Shown: positions 19,816 through 29,802 of the stretch, piece by piece
Layout: every line of letters starts with the position of its first letter
Numbering within the stretch: the stretch's first letter is position 1
NCBI GenBank assembly: GCA_031285775.1
Contig: JAITVN010000004.1
Location: 391-64,390, forward strand
DNA: 64,000 bases
Direction: 5' to 3'
Source of the DNA: Streptococcaceae bacterium
Lineage (GTDB): Bacteria; Bacillota; Bacilli; Lactobacillales; Streptococcaceae
Program-made: the position numbers and the translations under genes
The notes under the pieces: model-generated
Told to the model about the DNA's origin: nothing
What the model saw: the letters and a program-made list of their open reading frames with translations, nothing else
Database searches by the model: none

Positions 19816-21824
19816 CAGTTTTCTCCTTTTAATACTGCCAACATGGCGCTTTTGCTCAGTCGCCTAATCAATCTAATGATTACCAAGGTCTCTACGATCA
19901 AAACAATGACTAATGTCTCTAATAGTACTGAGGCTGCTTCCTGGCTCAGCGAGACGATAAAACCAAGACTATACTGGATGATTAACCCTAAGAAAAGGTG
20001 TCGATAGGCTCGAAACAACGAAAAGCCCTGTAATCGCTTAATGGCAATTTGTCTTTGGAAAGCTCTGAAATAAAACAAACTTGTCATGATGATCATGCTG
20101 ATAAAGAGAAAGAAGACAAAGATGTCCATAAAGATATAATTTACTGGATTTCCAATTGTCAGCATAACGTCAACTTTTGGAACTTCGGCTGCTGAAATAA
20201 ATGATGGATACTGGGAAAGTGTATTGTCCCTTTTCAGAGCAGGGATTAGGGTTCTATATGTGGATTTTAGACTGCTTCGAATTGGAATTAAGAGGCTGTA
20301 TGGATTCCCGTATCCATAGAGTTTTCGTGTGAATTCTGGGCCTGCGTTTGCTGAGGTGTAAATCAGGCAGATGTCAGCATTTATTTTTTTTGTTCTGTGT
20401 CCCCAAATTTGAATTTTTTGATTGTCTTTAATGAAAACATATTGTATTTTTCCCGCAAAACTTTCTCCGTAATTATGGCTAATCTTGGCTCTGAGCTCGG
20501 AAATCTTCATTTTCCACTTTTTTGCGACAAACACCAGACCATTTTCATTTAAGTGACTCACTTGAACGGTTTGCCCTGAAAGGTCTGAAATGGGATGCTC
20601 TAGCAGATAATTTGCGTTAATCGCTGAGACCGTCAATCTTGAATCGCTGTCCAGCACTATGTTCTCTTTCTCTTCGCTGTGAATCGCACCAAGTTTTTCC
20701 GCTGAATCAAAAAGATTGGCATTAACAGCAGGTAGGTTTTGACCGAGACTATATGCCACAATCGGAGCATAAAGAATTCCGTAGTTCTTTAATGATTGCT
20801 TCCCAGAAAGTGAAAAGCTTTGATTTACCAGTACTGTCAGATTTATCATCGTTGTGACGCCAACAAGGAAAAGCAAAATTTTCACAAAGAATACTGCTAT
20901 ATAGCTATATCTAAACAGAGATTTATGATTTATTTGATTGATTAAGGAAAAGCGAGTCACCATCCAAATTGAAAAATGTGCGATTAGAATTGTAGCAAAA
21001 CTCAATCCTGCAATATAGAGCAAATATTGAAGGTTTAATTCCCTTAAAACAAGTGCTTCCCCAGCAAGCAAAGAAAGACTTGCAGCTCTAATAAAATCAT
21101 GCAGGAAAATTCGATTGGCAATTTTAAACGCGCTTAGTCCATTAAGCTTGTAAATGGCGATTCGCCTGCTATTCTGCACTAGCCAAATAAGAAGGAATAT
21201 GAAAAAAAAGGCAAGTGAAATTATGTCAATTAAGGTAAGATTTGCATTGTTGTATGTTATTTCTGGGTTTCGAAGAAAAGATTTACCCTTCGATATCTGC
21301 CAGTCAGATTCTTTTTCTCTCAATGAAAACTGGGCGTTGACTTCTGAAACGAGCGTTTCAATTCCTTCCTTCTGCTTACTGCCCCCAACAAAGAGAGCAG
21401 CATTCTCAAACTGTTCATAGCTTATTTTAGAAAGAGGAAAATTTTGAAGAAGTGATCTTTGACCGTGTGAAAAATATGTTTCCTTTTTTGGAGAAGTAAA
21501 AGGAGATTGGAAATTTTCTATTTTTAACAGTCCTTTCTCCCACGATGTTTTACCATTTCCATCATTCTCATTTCCCATGTAAAGACTTCTTAGGACAAAG
21601 GATGTACCAGTTTTTTTTGATACATCCTCAATAATTTGCAAAAGCTTTTGATACTCGGACTCAGACTTAAGTTTTGACGGGATATTCAACTGCGCATCGC
21701 CTTTCTGCTCAAAGCGGCGCATGATTTTTGCATCCTGCTGGTCATTTGAAATAGAATTTGCCAGTGAGATGGAGCAGATAAAAAACAGTGAGAGTAGGAG
21801 CATCCTGATAAACTTGTTAATCAT
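19815..21824 (-). CDS. bacteriocin-associated integral membrane protein (Lcn972 immunity/permease type)
   Basis: 669 aa with two TM blocks, IAIYKLNG and IAIKRLQG; between precursor and ATPase. Confidence 0.8.
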   Translation of the reverse strand: MINKFIRMLLLSLFFICSISLANSISNDQQDAKIMRRFEQKGDAQLNIPSKLKSESEYQKLLQIIEDVSKKTGTSFVLRSLYMGNENDGNGKTSWEKGLLKIENFQSPFTSPKKETYFSHGQRSLLQNFPLSKISYEQFENAALFVGGSKQKEGIETLVSEVNAQFSLREKESDWQISKGKSFLRNPEITYNNANLTLIDIISLAFFFIFLLIWLVQNSRRIAIYKLNGLSAFKIANRIFLHDFIRAASLSLLAGEALVLRELNLQYLLYIAGLSFATILIAHFSIWMVTRFSLINQINHKSLFRYSYIAVFFVKILLFLVGVTTMINLTVLVNQSFSLSGKQSLKNYGILYAPIVAYSLGQNLPAVNANLFDSAEKLGAIHSEEKENIVLDSDSRLTVSAINANYLLEHPISDLSGQTVQVSHLNENGLVFVAKKWKMKISELRAKISHNYGESFAGKIQYVFIKDNQKIQIWGHRTKKINADICLIYTSANAGPEFTRKLYGYGNPYSLLIPIRSSLKSTYRTLIPALKRDNTLSQYPSFISAAEVPKVDVMLTIGNPVNYIFMDIFVFFLFISMIIMTSLFYFRAFQRQIAIKRLQGFSLFRAYRHLFLGLIIQYSLGFIVSLSQEAASVLLETLVIVLIVETLVIIRLIRRLSKSAMLAVLKGEN

Positions 21825-21835
21825 ATTACAGGACT

Positions 21836-22186
21836 TTAATATCTTCCATTGTAAGAAATATAATCCCCGTTAACTGGGGCGTTCCAAGCCCCTCTTGCCT
21901 GCGAATAAGACCATCTTCCCGCAAGAGCTGATCCACTGTCTCGCGCACTCCCTACATTTACCCAACTTGCATGTGTGGAAACTGTATTAAGATAGTTACT
22001 GTAGCCTGTTTTTTGCTGCCAGGGCCAAGCGCCGCTGTCGAAAATCGACCAAGTTCCATACCGCATATATTGTGTATAAGCGCCGACGGTAGACGGCACT
22101 GCAACAGCAATTGCCAATGTCAGGACAAATATCATTTTTTTAGTTCTTTTCTTTTTAATTGCTTTACGTGTTACCGAAGTTTTCAT
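21836..22186 (-). CDS. lactococcin 972-family bacteriocin precursor
   Basis: Sec signal; GTW, YSNY, H-A-S-W-V, AGRWS motifs; canonical three-gene layout. Confidence 0.82.
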   Translation of the reverse strand: MKTSVTRKAIKKKRTKKMIFVLTLAIAVAVPSTVGAYTQYMRYGTWSIFDSGAWPWQQKTGYSNYLNTVSTHASWVNVGSARDSGSALAGRWSYSQARGAWNAPVNGDYISYNGRY

Positions 22187-22389
22187 GATTGGTTTTCTCC
22201 TTTTTTGACTGCCTGCTTCTTGCTCACCCGTTGATGTGTGCAAGGGTAAAACAGAAGCTTATCGTGGCCAAGTTTCACACATTCTTAACCTTACCAACTT
22301 AGTTGTTAACCTTTACCGTGCAAACAACTTGAAACAGTAATCTGTCGACTGATTGCTGTTTAGGAGCTACTTCCCCTCCTACTTATTAA

Positions 22390-22415
22390 TACGTATTTTT
22401 TTAGAAAATGTAACA
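22390..22415 (-). promoter_or_regulatory. ECF-sigma-like promoter
   Basis: TGTTAC-N16-CGTA followed by TTAATAAGTAGGAGG as at 19108. Confidence 0.55.
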
Positions 22416-22654
22416 GGAATTCTACAATTATTTACTTTTCACACAAATCAATACCATCTGTGAACTTTCTTTCGTCTTTAGTTACTCAACCTTATCCTAC
22501 TTTGAGCACAATTGCAATTTTGATAATTCTAATAATGCAGCATATATGCAACTACTCTTATCAGCGCTTTTTTATTTACTGGTAATGTTTTCAAGCAAAC
22601 TTCGAGTGTAAACTAAAGAGCATATATTCCAAAAATCATTCACTTTTTTCTCAA

Positions 22655-22692
22655 CAAAAAAGCCGAACACGCGATGAAAGCGCATTCGGCTC
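22655..22692 (-). terminator. terminator after ClC gene
   Basis: AGCCGAA-CGC...GCG-TTCGGCT with A6 on + strand. Confidence 0.65.
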
Positions 22693-22708
22693 CTTGTTAA
22701 ACCACATT

Positions 22709-23977
22709 TTATTCGTCTTGAAGTCCCTGAACTTTTTGCCGCTTCAGAACAAACTGTGAAACTGCAGTGGCGAGCGCGACGCCAAGTCCGAGCGGCACAA
22801 CTGAATCAATCGGCAGGTGGCTGATTTCAATCATCATGAACAGAGCCATCAGTGGAGCCTGTTGAGCTGAGGCCAGCATTGCCGCTGCGCCCAGCATTGC
22901 ACCTTGCCAAACGAGAATGCCTGTGCCAGGGACAAGGAGTACTGCGATAGCGCCCGTACTTGCGCCGATTGCGATGGCGGGGGTCAATGTGCCGCCGGAG
23001 GCGCCAGCCCTGATAGTGAGCACCGTCGCGAAACATTTTAACGCCGCAATTAACAATAAAGTGAGTATCAGCTTCCCACTGGCAGCATTCATCGCCATCT
23101 GTGCTAATGCTCGCCCATTGCCCATAATCTGCGGAAATAGCATGGCAATCAGACCTGTGATGAGCGCGGCCGATGGGAGTTGCCAGAGTATTTCCTTTGT
23201 CTGCGGCTGCTTGGCCTCTGCCCAGAGAAAGGCTTTACGGAAATAAGCACCGAGAAGCCCGCAAATAGGCGCCACGATGATGACAAAAATCAAAAAGGCC
23301 GAGGAAAAAGTTTCCTGTCCTACAATGTAGTAAGGCGCCGTGCCTTTTATCCATGCGCCCACCAGCATTGCTACGATGGACATGGACAGGCTGAGCGACA
23401 CTGCGCGCAGATCAATTTTTCTGTGGAGGATTTCAATACAGAAAAACATCCCAGTGATGGGTGCGATGTAAACGCCGGAAAAGCCTGCTCCCGCGGCTGC
23501 TGCAATCATCAGGGATTTTTCTGCGGCGGTTAAGGTGGACAGACCGAGTTTTTCTAACAGGATTTGCCATTTTTGAGCGAGGAGTGCGCCAAGCTCACGG
23601 GGGGCCAATTCTCGGCCTACGGAGCCGCCTGTTCCCACGTAGAAGATTTGTGCGAAGATGTGCAGGAGGGATGACCAGAAGGGCATAGGTTTTCCAGCCA
23701 TGGCCGCTGTTATTTTGGGAATTTTGTGTGTACGGCGAATGAAATACCAGACTAGTGCGACAATGCAGCCGCCGATGAAGATGGACAGCAAACGTTGAAT
23801 GGGGGCGGTTCCCGCCGCATCAGGCCGTAAGGCCGTCTCCTCAAAATGCAGAAAAAGACGCTCGACGGCGCCTAAAAACAAGCCTAAGATTCCTGCGCCC
23901 GTGCCTGTCAAGACGCCTAGTGCGAGGACGGAAATTGCTAGTGTGAAGGATTTTTTCATAGTTGATATATTCATCAT
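22709..23977 (-). CDS. ClC family chloride channel/transporter
   Basis: GGSVGRELAP, YIAPITG, GASGGTLTP motifs. Confidence 0.88.
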   Translation of the reverse strand: MMNISTMKKSFTLAISVLALGVLTGTGAGILGLFLGAVERLFLHFEETALRPDAAGTAPIQRLLSIFIGGCIVALVWYFIRRTHKIPKITAAMAGKPMPFWSSLLHIFAQIFYVGTGGSVGRELAPRELGALLAQKWQILLEKLGLSTLTAAEKSLMIAAAAGAGFSGVYIAPITGMFFCIEILHRKIDLRAVSLSLSMSIVAMLVGAWIKGTAPYYIVGQETFSSAFLIFVIIVAPICGLLGAYFRKAFLWAEAKQPQTKEILWQLPSAALITGLIAMLFPQIMGNGRALAQMAMNAASGKLILTLLLIAALKCFATVLTIRAGASGGTLTPAIAIGASTGAIAVLLVPGTGILVWQGAMLGAAAMLASAQQAPLMALFMMIEISHLPIDSVVPLGLGVALATAVSQFVLKRQKVQGLQDE

Positions 23978-23993
23978 AGCATTTTAATGTGCA

Positions 23994-24108
23994 AACTGAG
24001 TTCGGCGCGCCTGAAGCTAGGAAATTAGATAAACTGAGAACCTGCCTAAAGGCAGAACCTCAGTTTTCTAAATTTCTACGCTTCAAAACGGGCGCACCTC
24101 ACATCTTA
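23994..24108. repeat. structured dispersed repeat, copy 4
   Basis: Same frame; stems ACTGAG/CTCAGT, CTGCC/GGCAG; terminal TTA is the stop codon of the adjacent ABC gene. Confidence 0.92.
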
Positions 24109-25917
24109 TGCAAATTGGGAATTATACAAATCCGCATACATGCCCCCCGCAGCCAGCAGGCTCTTATGCGTGCCTTGCTCGACGATGTTGCCGTGGTTGA
24201 TGACGAGAATATGGCTGGCGTCTCGAATGGTGCTGAGACGATGTGCTACTACAAAGCTGGTACGCCCTTTCAGCAAGCGGCTCATGGCGTCTTGAATCAT
24301 TTTCTCGGTGCGTGTGTCGACAGATGAGGTGGCTTCGTCCAAAATCAGAATCTCGGGGTCAGCTAGGAAAGCGCGTGCGATAGTTAGAAGCTGGCGCTGA
24401 CCTTGGGAAATGTTGCTGGCTTCTTCATTCAGCACGGTGTCATAGCCTTGCGGCAGTGTGGTGATGAATTCATCGGCGTGGGCCATTTTGCTGGCTCGGA
24501 GCATTTCTTTCTCAGTCGCATCCGCCTTGCCGTAGCAGAGGTTCTCGCGAATTGTACCAGTGAACAGCCAAGTTTCTTGCAGTACCATGGCCATGTGCGA
24601 CCGCAACTCTTCGCGACTGATTGCTTTGGTATCACGCCCATGCAGACGGATACTGCCTCCTGTGGTGTCGTAGAAGCGCTCAAGCAAATTGATTGTAGTG
24701 GTCTTGCCTGCACCTGTCGGGCCAACCAATGCAATCATCTGTCCCTCCTTGACCTCCAGAGAGACATCGGTCATCAGCGGCTGGTCGGGCTCGTAACTAA
24801 AGGCCACATCGTCAAAGCGGATGAGGTCGTCCGTCTGAATATCCGCCGCAGCAGGCGGATTAATCATCTCCGGCTCGTCAAAGACCTCAAAAATACGCTC
24901 AGCCGAAGCCGTTGTCGCTTGAATCGTGTTAATCAGATTAGACATATTGGTAATCGGTTGGCTGAACTGATTGGTATACTGCAGCATGGCCTGAACATCG
25001 CCGATATTCACCTGCCCGTTCACCACGCGAATCCCTCCGACCACGGCCATTGCCAGATAGTCAAGATTGTTCAAAAAGCGCATGGTCGGGAAGATTAATG
25101 TTGAAACGAATTGGGCCTTCCAGGCCGACTTGTAGAATTTCTCATTCTGCGCATCAAAATCCGCCTGAGCCTTCGCTTGATGATTGAAAGTTTTAATAAT
25201 TGTGTGTCCTGCGTAATTTTCCTCAATCTGATCATTAAGCAGCCCCAGATTTTTCTGCTGTTCAAAGAAGAACTTCTGCGACATGGGCGCAATCACGCGC
25301 ACCAGAATAAGGGCCAAAGGCACCGTCACAAAAGCAACCAGCGCCAGAACCCAGCTGATGCTCAGCATGAAATAAACCACACCAATAAACTGCAGTGCAC
25401 TCGTCACCACCTGAATCAGCGTCTGATTCAGCGTCCCTGCGATATTATCCATGTCGTTAATCATGCGAGACATAATGTCACCGTTTTGATGCGCATCGTA
25501 ATAACTGACTGGGAGCTTCGCCATCTTGCCCTTGAACTGCCTGCGCAGCCGGTAAACCGTCCGCTGAGAGATCCGCGTCATAATCTGCTGCTGCAGCACA
25601 CCGAAAACGAAGCTGATGCCGTAAATAATGCTGACAGTCACAAGAATTGAAGCCACCTTGTCAAAATTGATACCAGTTGAAGCCGTCATGCCTTGCGCGA
25701 CCACAGTTGTCGCCTGTCCCAGAATCTTCGGCGCCTGAACACTGAGAATGACCGAAACCGCAGCGATAATCAGACTAAAGAAGACACCCCATTTATCGCG
25801 TTCCATGTAGCCGAAAAGCCTGAAAATCGTGTGCCAGAAGCGCACCGGCCGCACACCGCGGTTGCTGTATCTGGCTGCACCGCCTCCGCCGTGTTTAAGA
25901 TAATTTCCGCGCATCAT
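24106..25917 (-). CDS. heterodimeric multidrug ABC exporter, subunit B
   Basis: TMD+NBD; GPTGAGKTT, ISQGQRQ, LDEATS. Confidence 0.92.
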   Translation of the reverse strand: MMRGNYLKHGGGGAARYSNRGVRPVRFWHTIFRLFGYMERDKWGVFFSLIIAAVSVILSVQAPKILGQATTVVAQGMTASTGINFDKVASILVTVSIIYGISFVFGVLQQQIMTRISQRTVYRLRRQFKGKMAKLPVSYYDAHQNGDIMSRMINDMDNIAGTLNQTLIQVVTSALQFIGVVYFMLSISWVLALVAFVTVPLALILVRVIAPMSQKFFFEQQKNLGLLNDQIEENYAGHTIIKTFNHQAKAQADFDAQNEKFYKSAWKAQFVSTLIFPTMRFLNNLDYLAMAVVGGIRVVNGQVNIGDVQAMLQYTNQFSQPITNMSNLINTIQATTASAERIFEVFDEPEMINPPAAADIQTDDLIRFDDVAFSYEPDQPLMTDVSLEVKEGQMIALVGPTGAGKTTTINLLERFYDTTGGSIRLHGRDTKAISREELRSHMAMVLQETWLFTGTIRENLCYGKADATEKEMLRASKMAHADEFITTLPQGYDTVLNEEASNISQGQRQLLTIARAFLADPEILILDEATSSVDTRTEKMIQDAMSRLLKGRTSFVVAHRLSTIRDASHILVINHGNIVEQGTHKSLLAAGGMYADLYNSQFA

Positions 25918-25945
25918 AGGCGATCACCTCCACTCCCTATCAAAT

Positions 25946-26950
25946 TCAATTTTCATTTACCAAGTTCTTCAAATCTTTCTCAAAATCAGATACAATCTTT
26001 TGAGTCTTGTTAAACTTCTTATACTCAGAAATTGCTTTATCTTTAGCTTGTTGACCTGAAATTTTACCCTTTCCCTCTAAAACTTCATAACGATTGAAGC
26101 TTAAGAACTCGTCAATACTTTTAGCAAAATCTTGCATCGTAAAAGCAGTTTCGGCTTCCAGCAATCTCTCAACGTAGTCAAAATATCCTGATACTTCTCG
26201 CTCGAGTCGACGAATTTGCTTTTCTTGTAAATAATTCTTTGCAATGATTACATCTGACTGTAAAATCCGACCTTCCGGAGCTTTTTTCCAAGTCTCCAGT
26301 CCCATGTGTGCCTTCGACTCGTCAGCCTTGTCATAAATGATTTCAGAAGCGGTCTGACCAGTAATTGCAAAATGAAATTTATTCTGCACTGTTGCAAAAA
26401 ACTGCTTGGTCAGCTCAGAATTTTTATCATAATCATAAGAAATTTCCGCAAATATGTCTGTCAGCTGCAGCCAAATTCGTCTCTCGGACGACCGGATTGC
26501 TCGGACAGTTTCCAGCATTTCACGGAAATAGTCCTTACCAAAAACAGTTCCACCTTGCTCCATACGCTCTGAGTCAATCAGATAACCTTTTCGGATGTAG
26601 TTTTTTAGAATATTTGTCGCCCACTGACGAAAATGTGTGGCTTTTTGTGAATTGACACGATAACCGACGGAAATGATGGCATCAAGATTGTAATGCTTAA
26701 CTTCGCGAGAAACCTTTCTGTTACCTTCATTGCGAACTATTTCCAAAATGGAAATAGTTCGATTTTCTTCCAATTCGCCGCTCTCATAAACATTTGACAA
26801 ATGCTTTGCAATTGCTGGAATACCAACGTCAAACAAAACACTCATCGCTTTTTGAGTCGCCCAAAGTGTTTCGTCCTTGGCAACAACTTCGATATTTCCT
26901 GTTTCGTTCTCCAGTGAGTAAAGTAAGAATTTGATTTCTTGATTATCCAT
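25946..26950 (-). CDS. RhuM (virulence RhuM family) protein
   Basis: LWATQKAM, YNLDAIISVGYRVNS, FATVQNK motifs. Confidence 0.85.
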   Translation of the reverse strand: MDNQEIKFLLYSLENETGNIEVVAKDETLWATQKAMSVLFDVGIPAIAKHLSNVYESGELEENRTISILEIVRNEGNRKVSREVKHYNLDAIISVGYRVNSQKATHFRQWATNILKNYIRKGYLIDSERMEQGGTVFGKDYFREMLETVRAIRSSERRIWLQLTDIFAEISYDYDKNSELTKQFFATVQNKFHFAITGQTASEIIYDKADESKAHMGLETWKKAPEGRILQSDVIIAKNYLQEKQIRRLEREVSGYFDYVERLLEAETAFTMQDFAKSIDEFLSFNRYEVLEGKGKISGQQAKDKAISEYKKFNKTQKIVSDFEKDLKNLVNEN

Positions 26951-26978
26951 TTTTAAAATAACTCCTAGCAAATAACAA

Positions 26979-27479
26979 TTATATGGTTTTAGCCATGTAA
27001 AGCTCATCAACGTAAACTCCATCGACCAGCAGAGATTTTTCTTTCACACCCTCTACTTTAAATCCGAACTTTTTATACAAATTTTGAGCATTTGTATTCG
27101 TAGCCATCACAGTCAACTCTAATCGTGTGATGTCATTGTCTGTTGCCCATTCGTCAAGCTGTGCAAAAAGTTGCGAACCAACGCCTTGATGCTGGTATTC
27201 TGCCTTAACTCCCACAACTATGTATGCACTGTGGCGATTACGGTTGAATCGGCCGCGCTCTACTAGCATGTAGCCTGCAAAGGACGCATTCTCGGTGTCG
27301 TCTGCTACAAAGAATGTGGGATTTCCGTCTGCGATGGCTGCTGCTAGCCTGTCAATGTTTCTAGGTCGCTCACCAGGCTCAAACATCATGAACTTCGTCT
27401 CGTGGTCTATCTGGTCAAGCATTTCCCAGAATTTCTCAGCTTCACTGCTTAATACTGGTCTGATTTTCATTTCTGACAT
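26979..27479 (-). CDS. GNAT family N-acetyltransferase
   Basis: YQHQGVG, RLELTV, NLYKKFGF. Confidence 0.9.
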   Translation of the reverse strand: MSEMKIRPVLSSEAEKFWEMLDQIDHETKFMMFEPGERPRNIDRLAAAIADGNPTFFVADDTENASFAGYMLVERGRFNRNRHSAYIVVGVKAEYQHQGVGSQLFAQLDEWATDNDITRLELTVMATNTNAQNLYKKFGFKVEGVKEKSLLVDGVYVDELYMAKTI

Positions 27480-28054
27480 TCTCCCCCCGAATGTACTTTT
27501 TCTAAAACCCAATTGATGATTGCTTCTAGGTCATACTGCTTGTCAATCACATAGCAGTTTAAGCCGAATTTTTCACAGGTTTCTCGCTGTTTTTTGTTGG
27601 ATTCTCGGAAGCTTTCGCTTACTTTTTCCAGTTCTCCTGGATATGGTGAGTGGCCTAGGGTCGGAAAGCGCCATTCTATCACGCTTTCATAGCGGAGTAT
27701 GTCTGACATTTTTTCGCCAAGATAGGCATCGCTGAAAGCTAGACTGGTGTAAGTAATTTCTCGGCGCTCCGCCTCTGTAAATGGTGTCAGGTAATCAAAT
27801 GGGATGTAGCAGCCCTCGACGATGAGATTTTGCTTGTTTTGAATGGCAGTGTCTATCATACGGCTGACAATTGGCCAAAGCTCCGTGGTCAGCGTCTCAT
27901 CGGAATCTGTGGGCTGCATGTTCAGTCGTCCTGATTTGATGAGTCCCATCTTTAGATGGTCAATGGAAAAATATGGAATCGCGAGGCGCTCCATCAGTTT
28001 TTGTGCAAGTTGAGTTTTTCCTGTATGACTGGGTCCTGCAATCAGTATTATCAT
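27467..28054 (-). CDS. P-loop kinase-like protein
   Basis: IAGPSHTGKT, SIDHLKMG, IVEGCY; start overlaps ABC stop (ATGA). Confidence 0.75.
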   Translation of the reverse strand: MIILIAGPSHTGKTQLAQKLMERLAIPYFSIDHLKMGLIKSGRLNMQPTDSDETLTTELWPIVSRMIDTAIQNKQNLIVEGCYIPFDYLTPFTEAERREITYTSLAFSDAYLGEKMSDILRYESVIEWRFPTLGHSPYPGELEKVSESFRESNKKQRETCEKFGLNCYVIDKQYDLEAIINWVLEKVHSGGECQK

Positions 28055-29802
28055 AGTTCCATCCCCATATTTTTCAAATCTTGCTCCGACAGCTGACTGC
28101 GCATGATTTCCTGATAGGCTGGACAACTTTTCGCCAGCTCTGCGTGACTTCCGAGACCGACCGCTTTACCCTTGTCCAGAACTAGAATCTGATGCGCATC
28201 CATGACAGTGGCAATGCGCTGCGAGACAATGATTTTTATTTTGTCCTTATGCCGCGAACTTGTGCTGAGCGCCTTGCGCAGCTTCGCGTCGGTCGCGAAA
28301 TCCAGAGCGCTGAAACTGTCATCGAAAAGATAGACATCGGCGTCTTTGATCAAAGTCCGAGCAATGGCAATCCGCTGCTTCTGACCGCCCGAAAAATTTG
28401 CGCCGCCCTGTTCCACCGCCATATCAAGCCCGCCCTGCTCCCTGACAAAATCCGAGGCTTGCGCAATATCAAGCGCATCCCAGAGTTCTTTGTCGCTGGC
28501 ATCGGCTTTGCCGAAAAACAGATTGCTTCGGACCGTTCCGCTAAAAAGTACCGCTTTCTGCTGAGTGAGTGAAACTCTGTCATGCAGCTCTTCTTGGGCA
28601 ATTTGGCGAATATCTCTGTTGGCAAGAGAAATCTCACCATCTGTGACATCCATCAGTCGTGCAATCAGATTCAGCAGCGTCGATTTGCCCGAACCTGTAC
28701 CTCCGATGATTGCCAAGGTCTGGCCGCTAGCCACGGAAAAGCTGATATCTGACAGAGCTGGACGTTCAGCCCCGGAGAATGCGTAAGTCACATGCTTGAA
28801 ACTCAAATCCACCGCCGCATTCATCGCTGGGAGCTGCGTTGGAGACGCCGCATCCACGATTTTATCCTCTGTATTCAGCACATGATTCGCCCGAACCGCG
28901 GACACTTGCGCACGAGGCACCATGACCATCACAGCTGTCAATTGCATAAAACTTAACAGAATCTGAGTGGCATAAGTTAGAAAAGCCACCAGATCTCCCA
29001 TTCCCATCAACCCTCTGCCAATGAGCTTTGCGCCAAACCAGACAATGGCCAGATTCGTGGCTGAAAGAATCACCGTCATAATCGGCCCCAGCATCGCCAC
29101 TGTTGTCATGACAAACTGTGTGGTTTTGGTTAAATCTTTGTTGGCGGCGTCAAATTTTTCAATTTCAAAATCATCACGGTTGAAGGCACGAATGACACGA
29201 ACGCCCGTCAAGCCTTGTTGAAACACAAGATTGATTTTATCGATTTTCTCCTGCATTTTGCGGAAGCGCGGCATGGCTAGGCCGATGATGATAAAAGCTG
29301 TGATTGCCAGTAGCGGCAGAGCAATAACGAATATGAGGATGAGGTTGTGGTCAAGGTTCCAAGCCATGAAGATAGATCCTACCAGCATAAGAGGCGACAT
29401 CAGCATCATACGCAAGGCGGTTTGCGTGACATTTTGGAGCTGCGTCACGTCATTGGTGGTACGAGTGGTTAATGTGGCGTCGCCGAATTTCTGAAAGGCA
29501 GATTCATCCATTTTGATGACTTTTCTGAATAAATCCGCACGCAGCTTCATTCCGAGCCTCTGCGACTGGGTGGAGGAAAAATAGACGTTCAAAATGCCTG
29601 TTGTCCAAGAAATGAATGCCACCAGCAGCATAAGTCCGCCCTGGTGCCAGATGTAAGTCAGATTTTTCTGCGCAATGCCGTTGTTAATGATGTTAGAGGT
29701 AATATTAGGTAAAAGCAGGTTGGTGACGACTTGCATGAGTAAAAAGAAAACAGCCAAAAAAACTGGGATTGGCTGTAAGTATTTTCGGGCGATTGTTATC
29801 AT
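28051..29802 (-). CDS. heterodimeric multidrug ABC exporter, subunit A
   Basis: GGTGSGKST, FSGGQKQR, degenerate Walker B FDDSFSALD. Confidence 0.92.
   Translation of the reverse strand: MITIARKYLQPIPVFLAVFFLLMQVVTNLLLPNITSNIINNGIAQKNLTYIWHQGGLMLLVAFISWTTGILNVYFSSTQSQRLGMKLRADLFRKVIKMDESAFQKFGDATLTTRTTNDVTQLQNVTQTALRMMLMSPLMLVGSIFMAWNLDHNLILIFVIALPLLAITAFIIIGLAMPRFRKMQEKIDKINLVFQQGLTGVRVIRAFNRDDFEIEKFDAANKDLTKTTQFVMTTVAMLGPIMTVILSATNLAIVWFGAKLIGRGLMGMGDLVAFLTYATQILLSFMQLTAVMVMVPRAQVSAVRANHVLNTEDKIVDAASPTQLPAMNAAVDLSFKHVTYAFSGAERPALSDISFSVASGQTLAIIGGTGSGKSTLLNLIARLMDVTDGEISLANRDIRQIAQEELHDRVSLTQQKAVLFSGTVRSNLFFGKADASDKELWDALDIAQASDFVREQGGLDMAVEQGGANFSGGQKQRIAIARTLIKDADVYLFDDSFSALDFATDAKLRKALSTSSRHKDKIKIIVSQRIATVMDAHQILVLDKGKAVGLGSHAELAKSCPAYQEIMRSQLSEQDLKNMGMEL

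Noticed and set aside
23989-24327. 112-aa + strand ORF starting in repeat copy 4
   Set aside because: Made of repeat sequence plus antisense of the ABC gene; other copies do not keep a frame or RBS.
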